Below are positions 1 through 13,589 of a DNA stretch of 64,000 nt, piece by piece. The notes under the pieces were generated by a model. The model did no database searches. It saw nothing but the letters and a program-made list of their open reading frames with translations, and was not told the DNA's origin. The position numbers and the translations under genes are program-made. Position 1 is the first letter of the stretch; each line of letters begins with the position of its first letter. The DNA comes from Octopus sinensis (Eukaryota): NCBI RefSeq assembly GCF_006345805.1, contig NC_043025.1, positions 13,764,001 through 13,828,000 on the forward strand, read 5' to 3'.

Positions 1-270
1 AACAATGTAATCTTCTCTTCAGGGAAGTGAAGAAATGAAACTCATCAATAAGACATTTTAACAGAAAATGATGGATTTGTATAGTGATTAACTAAGCACA
101 ATATTGTTTGAAAAAACATTATTTATTTATTTATATATCATACAAAAAATTTCCACATGAGCCTGAAGTTTCTACCTTTAAAAACAAGGAGTTACAACCT
201 CTTTACTTGTGTGAGTTTTTGCAACCCTGGTAACTATTTATCTATTTTTTCCGTGTTAATTGTTAACAAA

Positions 271-660
271 GGAGGCGCAGGAGTGGCTATGTGGTAAGTA
301 GCTTGCTAACCAACCACATGATTCCGGGTTCAGTCCCACTGCATGGCATCTTGGGCAAGTGTCTTCTGCTATAGCCTCGGGCCGACCAAAGCCTTGTGAG
401 TGGATTTGGTAGACGGAAACTGAAAGAAGCCTGTCGTATATATGTATGTGTGTGTCTGTCCCCCTAGCATTGCTTGACAACCGATACTGGTGTGTTTACG
501 TCCCCGTCACTTAGTGGTTCGGCAAAAAGAGACCGATAGAATATGTACTGGGCTTACAAAAGAATAAGTCCCGGGGTCGATTTGCTCAACTAAAGGCGGT
601 GCTCCAGCATGGCCGCAGTCAAATGACTGAAACAAGTAAAAGAGTAAGGAGAGAGAGAGT
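271..660 (+). mobile_element. tRNA-derived SINE, dominant family. Other copies approx: 9985-10245(-), 11012-11180(+), 12990-13355(+), 25075-25350(-), 27893-28070(-), 36740-37130(-), 48600-48830(-), 55745-56350(+), 57705-58118(-), 58240-58580(+), 62268-62680(+)
   Basis: A-box TGGCT(A/G)TGTGG, B-box GGTTCAGTCCC, shared body CCTTGTGAGTGGATTTGGTAGACGGAAACTG, tail ...GAAACAAGTAAAAGAG. Confidence 0.9.
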
Positions 661-1329
661 AACCCTGCATAAGCTTGTTACCTGTTCAAATAATGCTTGA
701 GACGTATCTGGAACCAGAATAAAGCCATTCTCTGTATTTTGTCACAGAGAAAATTTCACACCTGAGACAGACAGGTGTCAATGCATCAAGTGAACGGACA
801 GTAATCACTGACCAGACAGTTGGATGCTTGCATTTCAGAGTGATTATCTCCTACTTGTACTAGACCTGGTTGAAATAATAGCCAAATGTCCCCCATTGGC
901 TCATACATACTTAAGACAGTGGGATGTGATTTGAGGGAGATTTTCTACCAGGTCTAGCTACCATGTAGAGGTCTCATACATATATATAAAAGATAGGGAC
1001 ATTTGGCTGCTATTTCTACCAGGTCTAGCTACCATGTAGAGGCCTCATACATATATATAAAAGATAGGGACATTTGGCTGCTATTTCTACAAGCTCTAGC
1101 TACCATGTAGAAGTCTCCCTCTTTGGCTCATACATACATAAGACAGTAGGTCGAGATTTGGCTGCTATTTCAACCAGGTCTAGTTACATATAGACGTCTG
1201 CCGGGTTGGCTCATATTTATATACAAGAGAATAGGGCGTGACCTGGTTGAAATAACAGCCAAATGTCCCTCATTGGCTCATAACGTATATAGGACAGTAG
1301 GGTGTGATTTGAGGGAGATTTGGCTGCTA

Positions 1330-2770
1330 TTTCTACCAGGTCTAGCTACCATGTAGAGGCCTCATACATATATATAAAAGATAGTGTGATTTGAGGGACA
1401 TTTGGCTGCTATTTCTACCATATAGAGGCCTCATACATATATATAAAAGATAGTGTGATTTGAGGGACATTTGGCTGCTATTTCTACCATATAGAGGCCT
1501 CATACATATATATAAAAGATAGTGTGATTTGAAGGACATTTGGCTGCTATTTCTACCATATAGAGGCCTCATACATATATAAAAGATAGTGTGATTTGAG
1601 GGACATTTGGCTGCTATTTCTACCATATAGAGGCCTCATACATATATATAAAAGATAGTGTGATTTGAAGGACATTTGGCTGCTATTTCTACCATATAGA
1701 GGCCTCATACATATATATAAAAGATAGTGTGATTTGAGGGACATTTGGCTGCTATTTCTACCATATAGAGGCCTCATACATATATAAAAGATAGTGTGAT
1801 TTGAGGGACATTTGGCTGCTATTTCTACCATATAGAGGCCTCATACATATATAAAAGATAGTGTGATTTGAAGGACATTTGGCTGCTATTTCTACCATAT
1901 AGAGGCCTCATACATATATATAAAAGATAGTGTGATTTGAGGGACATTTGGCTGCTATTTCTACCATATAGAGCCTCATACATATATATAAAAGATAGTG
2001 TGATTTGAGGGACATTTGGCTGCTATTTCTACCATATAGAGGCCTCATACATATATATAAAAGATAGTGTGATTTGAGGGATATTTGGCTGCTATTTCTA
2101 CCATATAGAGGCCTCATACATATATATAAAAGATAGTGTGATTTGAAGGACATTTGGCTGCTATTTCTACCATATAGAGGCCTCATACATATTATAAAAG
2201 ATAGTGTGATTTGAGGGACATTTGGCTGCTATTTCTACCATATAGAGGCCTCATACATATATATAAAAGATAGTGTGATTTGAGGGACATTTGGCTGCTA
2301 TTTCTACCATATAGAGGCCTCATACATATATATAAAAGATAGTGTGATTTGAGGGACATTTGGCTGCTATTTCTACCATATAGAGGCCTCATACATATAT
2401 ATAAAAGATAGTGTGATTTGAGGGACATTTGGCTGCTATTTCTACCATATAGAGGCCTCATACATATATAAAAGATAGTGTGATTTGAGGGACATTTGGC
2501 TGCTATTTCTACCATATAGAGGCCTCATACATATATATAAAAGATAGTGTGATTTGAGGGACATTTGGCTGCTATTTCTACCATATAGAGGCCTCATACA
2601 TATATATAAAAGATAGTGTGATTTGAGGGACATTTGGCTGCTATTTCTACCATATAGAGGCCTCATACATATATATAAAAGATAGTGTGATTTGAGGGAC
2701 ATTTGGCTGCTATTTCTACCATATAGAGGCCTCATACATATATATAAAAGATTTGGCTGCTATTTCTACC
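1330..2770. repeat. 69/67-bp minisatellite, ~21 copies, with degenerate flanks (860-1330, 2750-2870)
   Basis: Unit TAGAGGCCTCATAC(AT)nAAAAGATAGTGTGATTTGAGGGACATTTGGCTGCTATTTCTACCATA. Confidence 0.97.
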
Positions 2771-3059
2771 AGCTCTAGCTACCATGTAGAAGTCTCCCTC
2801 TTTGGCTCATAACGTATATAGGACAGTAGGGCGTGATTTGAGGGAGATTTGGCTGCTATTTCTACCATGCAGAAGAACTGTCTCTCTCTCTCTCTGGTTG
2901 TGCAGCAAGGTAAGGTGCAGAACAGTAGCACATGATGTGCAAGCGGAATGGGAGAGCAGAAGAATGGCAATTCCGAAAAAAAACCAGAACACCAGCAGCG
3001 GACGCTGCAACAGCGGCAGCGGATAGAGATTTGTAGCAGTAGTGGTGGTGGTGCTGCTG

Positions 3060-3520
3060 CTACTACTTGTGGTGGTAGTAGTATGAATAGTAGTAGTGGT
3101 AATAGTAGCCAGTGGTGGTGGCAGTATAGTGACGGTTGGGGCTGTAGTAGCAGTATAGTGGGGGTTGGGGCTGTAGTATGAATAGTAGTAGCAGTATAGT
3201 GATGGTTGGGGCTGTAGTATGAATAGTAGTAGCAGTATAGTGGTGGTTGGGGCTGTAGTATGAATAGTAGTAGCAGTATAGTGATGGTTGGGGCTGTAGT
3301 ATGAATAGTAGTAGCAGTATAGTGGTGGTTGGGGCTGTAGTATGAATAGTAGTAGCAGTATAGTGGGGGTTGGGGCTGTAGTATGAATAGTAGTAGCAGT
3401 ATAGTGGTGGTTGGGGCTGTAGTATGAATAGTAGTAGCAGTATAGTGGTGGTTGAGGCTGTAGTATTTATAGTAGTAGCAGTAAAGTGGTGGTTGAGGCT
3501 GTAGTATGAATAGTAGTAGT
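3060..3520. repeat. 41-bp minisatellite, ~10 copies
   Basis: Unit AATAGTAGTAGCAGTATAGTGGTGGTTGGGGCTGTAGTATG. Confidence 0.95.
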
Positions 3521-5029
3521 TGAGGACAGTGGTGGTGATGGTGTTGGTAGCAGTTTTTGACTTGGCTGCAGCATTGATAGTGGTGGTCATGGTGTAGGTG
3601 GTAGTAGCAATAGTAGTACAAACTGTAGCAGTCGTGGTAGGAGGGGACAGTGAAGGTGGTGGTAGACTGGGGAAGAGAGAGAGAAAGACAGAGTCATAGA
3701 GAGAGGGGAGACATTAAGAGAAGCAGGGAGAAATAGACAAAGGGAGAGAGAGAGAGAGAGGCATAGAGAGAAGACAGATGGTAGTGGTAGTGGGGGCAGC
3801 AGAGGGTGATTGGGTGCAGAGAGAGAGTAGAACTCACATGGGTGGGGCAGTTGTGTGTGAGAATGTGACAAGGGTGGAGAGGGGTAGGAGAGAGAGAGAG
3901 AGACAAGCCGGTGGAGTGGCAGCGGTGGTGGTCGAGGTGGGATTAGGAATCAGCTGTTGTCAGCATGATTGCTGCCCTTTGAAGTGAGTTTAACATACAT
4001 GTGTGCACATGGATGTGTATATATATATATATATGTGTGTGTGTCTATATTTACACCCACACAGTATATAATATATGCATATTGTGTATGTATGTATATG
4101 CACATACATATATATACACACACATACAAACCCATACCTATACCACTACTACAAAATCAATGAATGAGATTATGTAAATACTTGACCTGCTAAGAATAGC
4201 AGCCAAATCTTCTTCAAATCACTTCCCACTGTCTCAAAAGAGAAGTGGAGAGCATGCTAAACAATGATTAACTCAGCATCCCTGCCCCTGGACATGGAGA
4301 AAACAAAAGACAGGATGGTTGGTCAAAGCTGGAACGTCTTTGATCGTAGGACTATTGGCTCAGTGTTGACCTGGCCCTTAATTACAAAAACAACAAAAAT
4401 TACTACTGTTGGAATTTGCAAGGAGATTTCTGTAGGGGAACCTGACTGCAAGAAATAGTGCTCAAAGTTGCCTCATATGCTGAACTGGATTCTTTAAATG
4501 ACACTAGCAGTATAGCCCAGCGTTGCTTGGGCTTGCTTTCCTTTCGACCCTTTAGAATAGGAACTTTTGAGAAGTAAAAATTTTGCATTATGTAGCTATT
4601 TATTCTCTTGAAGTGAACATTTTTCTGGTTGAAATACACTGAAAAATGGCGACACAGCATTAAAAAAATAGGGATTTTCATAGAAAAAAAGCACCTTTTT
4701 GTTGTAAATAATTTTTGATCAACTTGCGCCACAGGGTCTTGGAGGAGATAGTGTTAGTTGAAGGCTGCCATACACAGACTGTGTTGACCAGAACCGCCTG
4801 ACATGTTTCTGCTCAGCCTTTGAGCCTCAATACGATGCCATCACTGACGACTGGTATTCACCTTGATAGTGACCCTGCACATCAACGTTTCCCTTACACT
4901 TGGCTTCCATATGAGTCACAGCAATGCAGCAAATCCACTGTGGATTTTCTCACCTTCCACCCATCATAGTGTTGGCTGACTTCCATGCCATGCTGCCCTT
5001 AACAAAATCATGATTTTTTTTTTCTTGCC

Positions 5030-5218
5030 TTTAACCCTCCAACGCGGAGTATAGGCCACTTATACTTGAATTCCATGTTGCATAATTTTTCACTTCTGTA
5101 CTTATACTCTGCCATGAATGTCCCCCTTTCTCTAGTTCCTTTTGTGTTGATCTACGCCACGAGTTCTTAGGCCTACCTCTCTTTCTATATCCAACCGGTT
5201 TCCACTTTAAAGCACTTT
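5030..5218 (-). mobile_element. RTE-type LINE 3' end fragment
   Basis: Translates as ALKWKPVGYRKRGRPKNSWRR...W, the typical RTE C-terminal motif. Confidence 0.7.
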
Positions 5219-5802
5219 TTGCAGGTGAGCTGCAAGAAGCAGGAGGAAAGAGTGAAAGAAAGTTGTGGCAAAAGAGTCAGCAGAAGTTCGCCATTACATT
5301 CTTCCGGAGCCGCATGGAGCTTAGGTGTTTTCGCTCATAAACACACACATCACCTGGTCTGAGATTCGAACCCGCGATCCCTTGACTGCGAATCTGATGC
5401 TCTAACCACCAGGCCATGTGCCTCCACTGAAATTGTAACTGCTGGACATCGTGTTGCTGTCACCGGTCATTCATTATGGTTGTTGTCAGCAGCTGTCCGC
5501 ATCTGTTCACTGTCCATCTGCGGCCTTGCCTCTGCTGCATCCCAGAGCTCTCTCTCTCTCCATCAACTAATCATGGTGCATGGAACTTATACTGGTTGAC
5601 AGGCCCAGAAGGAAGCACACCAAACAATGAAGTCCTCACTGAAGCCTATTCCATGAAAAATTGCGAATGGTCAGATTTTGTTGATCACATGGGTTATATT
5701 CTAGCAAAATTACAATATCCACTGGGGGTCAATTCATTTCACTACAAAAAAAATTCTTCAAGGCGGTGGGCCTCCAGCATGGCCGCGTAGAACAAGTGGC
5801 AA

Positions 5803-7985
5803 AAACCACCACCATCGCCAATACAGTGTACTACAACCCTTACCACCACCATCGCCAATACAGTGTACTACAACCCTTACCACCACCAATACAGTGTACT
5901 ACAACCCTTACCACCACCATCGCCAATACAGTGTACTACAACCCTTACCACCACCAATACAGTGTACTACAACCCTTACCACCACCATCGCCAGTACAGT
6001 GTACTACAACCCTTACCACCACCAACACCGTGTACTACAACCCTTACCACCACCAACACAGTGTACTACAACCCTTACCACCACCAATACACTGTACTAC
6101 AACCCTTATCACCACCAATACACTGTACTACAACCCTTATCACCACGAATACAGTGTACTACAACCCTTACCACTACCAACACAGTGTACTACAACAAAC
6201 ACTATCCCAACCAATACAGTGTACTACAACCCTTACCACCACCATCGCCAATACAGTGTACTACAACCCTTACCACCACCAACACCGTGTACTACAACCC
6301 TTACAACCACCAATACAGTGTACTACAACCCTTACCACCACCAACACCGTGTACTACAACCCTTACCACTACCAACACAGTGTACTACAACCCTTACCAC
6401 CACCAACACACTGTACTACAACCCTTATCACCACCAATACACTGTACTACAACCCTTATCACCACGAATACAGTGTACTACAACCCTTACCACTACCAAC
6501 ACAGTGTACTACAACAAACACTATCCCAACCAATACAGTGTACTACAACCCTTACCACCACCATCGCCAATACAGTGTACTACAACCCTTACCACCACCA
6601 ACACCGTGTACTACAACCCTTACAACCACCAATACAGTGTACTACAACCCTTACCACCACCAACACAGTGTACTACAACAAACACTATCCCAACCAATAC
6701 AGTGTACTACAACCCTTACCACCACCATCGCCAATACAGTGTACTACAACCCTTACCACCACCAACACCGTGTACTACAACCCTTACAACCACCAATACA
6801 GTGTACTACAACCCTTACCACTACCAACACAGTGTACTACAACAAACACTATCCCAACCAATACAGTGTACTACAACCCTTACCACCACCATCGCCAATA
6901 CAGTGTACTACAACCCTTACCACCACCAACACCGTGTACTACAACCCTTACAACCACCAATACTGTACTACAACCCTTACCACCACAACACCGTGTACTA
7001 CACCCTTACCACTACCAACAGTGTACTACAACCCTTACCACCACCAACACACTGTACTACAACCCTTATCACCACCAATACACTGTACTACAACCCTTAT
7101 CACCACGAATACTGTACTACAACCCTTACCACTACTACCACACACACAGTGTACTACAACAAACACTATCCCAACCAATACAGTGTACTACAACCCTTAC
7201 CACCACCAACACCGTGTACTACAACCCTTACAACCACCAATACAGTGTACTACAACCCTTACCACCACCAACACTGTGTACTACAACCCTTATCACCACC
7301 AACACAGTGTACTACAACATACACTATCCCAACCAACACAGTGTACTACAACCCTTACCACCACCAACACAGTGTACTACAACATACACTATCCCAACCA
7401 ACACTGCATACTACAACCACCAACACTGCGTACTACAACCACCAACACTGCGTACTACAACATACACTATCCCAACCAACACTGTGTACTACAACCCTTA
7501 CCACCACCAACACACTGTACTACAATCCTTACCACCACCAATACAGTGTACTACAACCCTTACCACCACCAACACAGTGTACTACAACATACACTATCCC
7601 AACCAACACTGTGTACTACAACCCTTACCACCACCAACACACTGTACTACAACCCTTACCACCACCAATACAGTGTACTACAACCCTTACCACCACCAAT
7701 ACAGTGTACTACAACCCTTACCACCACCAACACAGTGTACTACAACATACACTATCCCAACCAACACTGCGTACTACAACCCTTACCACCACCAACACAG
7801 TGTACTACAACATACACTATCCCAACCAACACTGTGTACTACAACCCTTACCAACACCAACACTGTGTACTACAACCCTTACCACCACCAATACAGTGTA
7901 CTACAACCCTTACCACCACCAACACAGTGTACTACAACATGCACTATCCCAACCAACACTGCGTACTACAACCCTTACCACCACC
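5803..7985. repeat. 31/34/37-bp minisatellite, ~65-70 copies
   Basis: Core AATACAGTGTACTACAACCCTTACCACCACC. Confidence 0.97.
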
Positions 7986-8148
7986 GCCACTGGGGAAACA
8001 GCACTACAGCCGAAGACTTTATCCCCACCAATATCTATATCAACGCCGCCGCCGCCACCACTACCTATTGCTAACGTCGCCCCACCCCCCAAAAAACTGT
8101 CCCCTCCACCACCGTCGCCACTATATACATACATATATATATATATGC

Positions 8149-8192
<44 letters not shown>

Positions 8193-9064
8193 CACGCTCG
8201 TCGCCGCCGCCACCACCATCAGCCAGACCCAAATATGCCAAGAATGGTGGAAACACAGCCACGAGTGCATGCGTACTTGGAAGACCGCCTAAGAGTGCAA
8301 AGTCACGCGAAGACGTCGTGCGATGTTGTGGCGCAAATGCCTTTCTCTCCGGCGGCGGCGGCGACGACGACGTTGCTTGCTTGCGCAGCGGTTTCCCCCT
8401 TTCGGTCCAATGCCATGTGATGTTGTGACCCTCATGGCCTTTTCGTCAGGGACCACTGATCGATGCTGAGGAATTCGACCCGGTCACGAGACATCGATGC
8501 GTCTCCGACTGTGCGAACCGACAAGGGAGACCTCTACGTGGTGCTGGTAGAAATAGCAGCCAAATCTCCCTCGAATCATACCCTACTGTCTTATGTATGT
8601 ATGAACCAATGAGGGAGACCTCTACAATGTAGTTAGACCTGGTAGAAATAGCAGCCAAATTACCCTCGAATCACACCCTACTGTCTTATGTGTGTATGAG
8701 ATGAGGGAGACCTGTACATGGTAGCGAGACATGCTAGAAAGAGTAGCCAAATCTCCTTCAAATCAAATCCGACCATCTTCTGTATGTACGAGGCAACAAC
8801 AGATATCTCTACATGGTAGGTAGACCTGGTAGAAATAGCAGCCAAATCTCCCTCACATCAGACACTCCTCCTGTCTTAAAGAAAGGAAACGGTACAGGAT
8901 GGGGTCGTTGGATCACTACCGCAAGGAAAAATGACAGACTGGACATGAATACAACATATGGACGACCAGGGTGAAACACTACACCCCCAACTGCATAATT
9001 GTGTCACATCACTGCACCTTGGCCTACTGCAGTAGTTTATTTCAGCACAAAGAGGAATGGTAGA

Positions 9065-9230
9065 ATGTGTGTGTAAATATACATACACACACACGTATAC
9101 ATATGTGTGCGTGTAAATATACATACATATATAAAAGCACATACACATATATACATAGATATGTTCACACATACATTTATACACACACATATATATACAC
9201 ATACACAAAATGTACACACACATAAAATGT

Positions 9231-9269
<39 letters not shown>

Positions 9270-9603
9270 CACAAAATGTACACACACACATATATATATA
9301 TATATATACATACATATGTATATATACACATACACAAAATGTACACACACATATATATATATATATATACATACATATGTATATATACACATACACAAAA
9401 TGTACACACACATATATATACACATACACAAAATGTACACACACACATATATATATATATATACACATACACAAAATGTACACACACATATATATATACA
9501 TACATATGTATATATACACATACATAAAATGTACACACACATATATATATACATACATATGTATATATACACATACACAAAATGTACACACACATATATA
9601 TAC
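9065..9603. repeat. Compound (TA)n/(CA)n minisatellite with ACACAAAATGTACAC spacer
   Basis: Directly visible. Confidence 0.9.
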
Positions 9604-11914
9604 AGACTTTCGATAACGGTGTCAAGGAGGAGAGAAACAACAAGAAAAGAAGAAGACCAAAAGGAGAAAAAATAATGAAAAGTATAAAAAAGGAAAAAAA
9701 AGAGGGGGAGAAGTAAGAGGAGGAATAAGAAGATGTTAAGAGGAGAGATCAGGAATCAGAAATGTTATTATTATTATTATTTCTTGAGTGTGTGCATTGA
9801 TCGACTGGAATTGATTGAATGGTGAAACTGGAGCAGCAGACACAGCCCAATATATCATGTGTGTATATTTATATATATACACACACGTACATACATATAT
9901 ATACATAAACATACATACATCATCGTTTAGCATCCGTTTTCCATGCTAGCATGGGTTGGACAGTTCAACCCACACATATATATCGGTCTCTTTTGCCGAA
10001 CCACTAAGTGACGCAGACATAAAATCACCAGCATCGGTTGTCAAGCAATGCTAGAGGGACAAACACAGACACACACATATATATACGACGGGCTTCTTTC
10101 AGTTTCCGTCTACCAAATCCACTCTCAAGGCTTTGGTCGGCCTGAGGTTATAGTAGAAGACACTTGCACAAGGTGCCACGCTGTGGGACTGAACCCGGAA
10201 CCATGTGGTTCGTAAGCAAGCTACTTGCCACACAGCCAGTCCTACTAAGAAACCATAAAATAAATTTTTAGTTTTCAAACTGAAACAAAACTAACAATAA
10301 AATGGAAAACTGATACTTTTTCTATGTTTCCATTTTATATTTGAAAAATTTTCTCCAACAGTTTTTTTTTATTGCAAAACCTTTGATCCAATCGTCATAA
10401 TTAATCTTATATTACACATGTACTTAACAGAGATAAGGCATCCATTCTCTCTTGTTGCATAGCTGTTCTGATGGGATATTTTTAATATGGAGCAAAGAGC
10501 ACCATACGAGTGTGATTGTTGACAGAGTGGCTAACCGGCTTCCGTGCCAGTGACACCATTCGAGTGTGATCGTTACCAGCGTCGCCTTACTGGCACTTGT
10601 GCCTGTGCTAGTAGGGCGCCAAGAGCACTATCCGTACCAGTGGCATGTGTAAAAAGATTTGAGTGTGGCTGTTGGCAGCACCGCCTGACTGGCCCCCGTG
10701 CCGGTGGCATGTAAAAAGCACCCACTACACCCTCGGAGCGGTTGGCATTAGGAAGGGCATCCAGCTGTAGAAACTCTGCCAGATCAAGATTGGAGCCTGG
10801 TGCAGCCATCTGGTTCACCAGTCCTCAGTCAAACCATGCCAGCATGGAAAGCAGACATAAAATGATGATGATGATGACGATCTTTGATCCAATCGTCATA
10901 ATTTATCTTACATAACACATGTGCTTCTGTACTTAACAGAGATAAGGTATCCATTCTCTCTTGTTGCATAGCTGTTCTGATGGGATATTTTTAATATATA
11001 TATGAGTACTTTTAAAGGCGAAGGAGTGGCTGTGTGGTAAGTAGCTTGCTTACCAACCACATGGTTCCGGGTTCAGTGCCACTGCATGGCACCTTGGGCA
11101 AGTGTCTTCTACTATAGCCTCAGGAAACCAAAGACTTGTGAGTGGATTTAGTAGACAGAAGCTGAGAGAAACCCATCATATATATATATGTATATATCAT
11201 CATCATTTAACGTCCGCTTTCCATGCATTGGTTGGACGAATTGACTGAGGACTGGCGAACCAGGCCCCAATCTGATCTTGCAGAATTTCTACAGCTGGAT
11301 GCTCTTCTTAATGCCAACCACTCTGAGTGTAGTGGGGGCTTTTATGTGCCACTGGCACTCGTGCCAGTCATCGAATTTGGTTCAATTTCGATGACTGGAA
11401 ATCGTAATATATATAGGTTATAAAAGATAATTGTGTCATTGAGACCCAAAGGTGTCAGGTAATGCTGAATAAGTGCTATAGTTAAGTTCCAGATTCGGTA
11501 ATATTGCGAATAAAGGGTTCAACGCTGGTTCTATGTCAGCGTGTGTATATAAGAATTTTTTGAAACAGGTAAAAGATATATATATATACACACACACATA
11601 GACATGTTCGGTTCCTCTGCCACTAGAAGCAAAACTAATTAAATCTCGAAGACATACTGACCCAAATATATAAATACACACACAACATATGGAGATAACC
11701 TGATACGAGAGAGAGAGACTTTGGATGCAGACACCCACTGGGCCGTACGTGTACGCACAGACATACAACCACATGTACATACTTATGGAGCCTGAGTGTA
11801 TACATCGAAGTTGTATATATGCATGTGTGTATAAGGTTTGTTTTATGTTCAATTATAATAAAAACTATTTCATATTATGTATTTCTTTACTACACACAAG
11901 GGGCTAAACATAGA

Positions 11915-12095
11915 GGGGACAAACAAAGGGAGTAAGTCGATTACATCGACCCCAGTGCGTAACTGGTACTTTATTGTATCGACCCCCGAAAGAATGAAAG
12001 GCAAAGTCGACCTCGGCGGAATTTGAACTCAGAACGTGGTGGCAGACAAAATACAGTTAAGCATTTCGCCTGGCGTGCTAACGCATCTGCCATAT
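11915..12095 (-). mobile_element. Fourth SINE family (GAGGTCGACTTTGCCTTTCAT core). Other copies near 17640, 18400, 23060, 27780, 31970, 32130, 56560, 58870
   Basis: Dispersed shared core with a B-box-like GGTTCAAATTCC. Confidence 0.7.
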
Positions 12096-12224
12096 TATGG
12101 TGATGGAGTACTCAATACGAGTAGTCGTTCCCAGCCCTTTTAATTAGATGAGTCTTCACAGACCCCTTTTAATATGCTCATCATTATGTATATATATATT
12201 GGGTTATCAATGGAAATAGTAGTT

Positions 12225-12585
12225 GTGATGCCTGTGCCGGTGGCACATAAAAAGCACTATCCGAACGTGGCCGATGCCAGCGCCGCCCCGACTGGCTTCT
12301 GTACCGGTGGCACATAAAAATACCATCTGAACGTTGCCAGCCCCGCCTTGGCTGGCACGTTAAAAGCTCCAACTGATCGTGACCGATGCCGGACCCCCCC
12401 CTGGCACCTGTGCAGGTGGCACGTAAAAAGCACCCACTACACTCACGGAGTGTTTGTTGTTAGGAAGGGCATCCAGCCGTAGAAACTCTGCCAGATCAGA
12501 CTGGAGCATCCGCTGGCTTCCCAGACCCCGGTCGAACCATCCAACCCGTGCTAGCGCGGAAAACGGATGTTAAACGATGATGATT
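12225..12585 (+). mobile_element. Second SINE-like family with internal GTGCCGGTGGCACGTAAAAAGCAC repeats and a (GAT)n tail. Other copies approx: 10489-10880(+), 29030-29285(+), 48880-49370(+), 50270-50530(-), 61705-61980(-), 62725-63370(-)
   Basis: Shared TTAGGAAGGGCATCCAGCTGTAGAAAC and CCATGCTAGCATGG...TTAAACGATGATGAT. Confidence 0.85.
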
Positions 12586-13589
12586 GTCCAGAAAGTTTGA
12601 AAGTGTTTACTTACAAAAAATTATTTTTTAAATCCGTACATGAAAAGGTAAAGATCCGATGTTCCTAGCCCTGATCATCCCATGGCCCTTTGTGTCGTAG
12701 CCAATCGATGTTTTATCCATCTTGTGGTAGCCCACATCTCGCAATGATATTCCTAGCATGGGGTGTGTGTTTGTTTGTGTCTACTTGTTTTGACATTGTA
12801 TCAGAGATAAAAATCAATGCCACCATCATATGAGCAGGGGAAAATATTAGCTTGCTCAGAAACAAGTGAAGGTTGGTGAGAGGAAGAGCGTCCGGGCATA
12901 CAAAATCTGCTCAATAAAACTCCATCTGAGTCATGTAAGCAGGGAAAAGTAAATGTTAAAATTATAAAGTTCATGATATATATATATTACAGGCATGGTT
13001 GTGTGGTAAGTAGCTTGCTTCCCAACCACATGGTACCGGGTTCAGTCCCACTGCATGACACCTTGGGCAAATGTCTTCTACTATAGCCTCGGGCCGACCA
13101 AAGCCTTGTGAGTGGATTTGGTAGACAGAAACTGAAAGAAGCCCATCATATGTGTGTGTCCCCCACCACTGCTTGACAACCAGTGTTGGTGTGTTTATGT
13201 TCCTATAACTTAGCAGTACAGCAAAAGAAACCAATAGAAAATGCACCAGACTTAAAAAGAAAAATAAGTCCCAGGGTTAAATTGTTTGACTAAAAACCCT
13301 TCAAGGCGATGCCCCAGCATGGCCGCAGTCAAATGACTGAAACAAGTAAAAGATAAGATGTGTGTGTGTGTGAACCACGTGAGATGTCTGAAGTCCCATG
13401 AAGGATTAACTGTACACAATGTCCTACCTCCAAGACCAGGTGATTTGATGTGTGTAGTTATGTGAAAGGGGTTACAAGTTGATCGGGGCTCTGAAGAGAT
13501 AAATGGCAATTCGTAGGGATCATACCGCATGAAAGTGATCCTATCAATCCAGTTGTGTGTGTTGTTTGTCCCTTCTCGAGCCATGCCTG

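Noticed and set aside
256-480. Many 60-110-aa ORFs containing VSVYQIHSQGFGRP or CHAVGLNP
   Set aside because: Antisense or sense translations of the dominant SINE
681-730. Minus-strand 50-nt exon-like segment (ENGFILVPDTSQALFEQ) with AG/GT
   Set aside because: Phase fits the 19459 donor but the peptide does not fit the expected family sequence; unsupported without RNA data
1330-2770. Possible CRISPR-like array
   Set aside because: No unique spacers, eukaryotic context, no cas genes
5766-8420. 884-, 809- and 726-aa plus-strand ORFs
   Set aside because: Translation of the 31-bp minisatellite; open in all frames because of composition, with no domain or splice context
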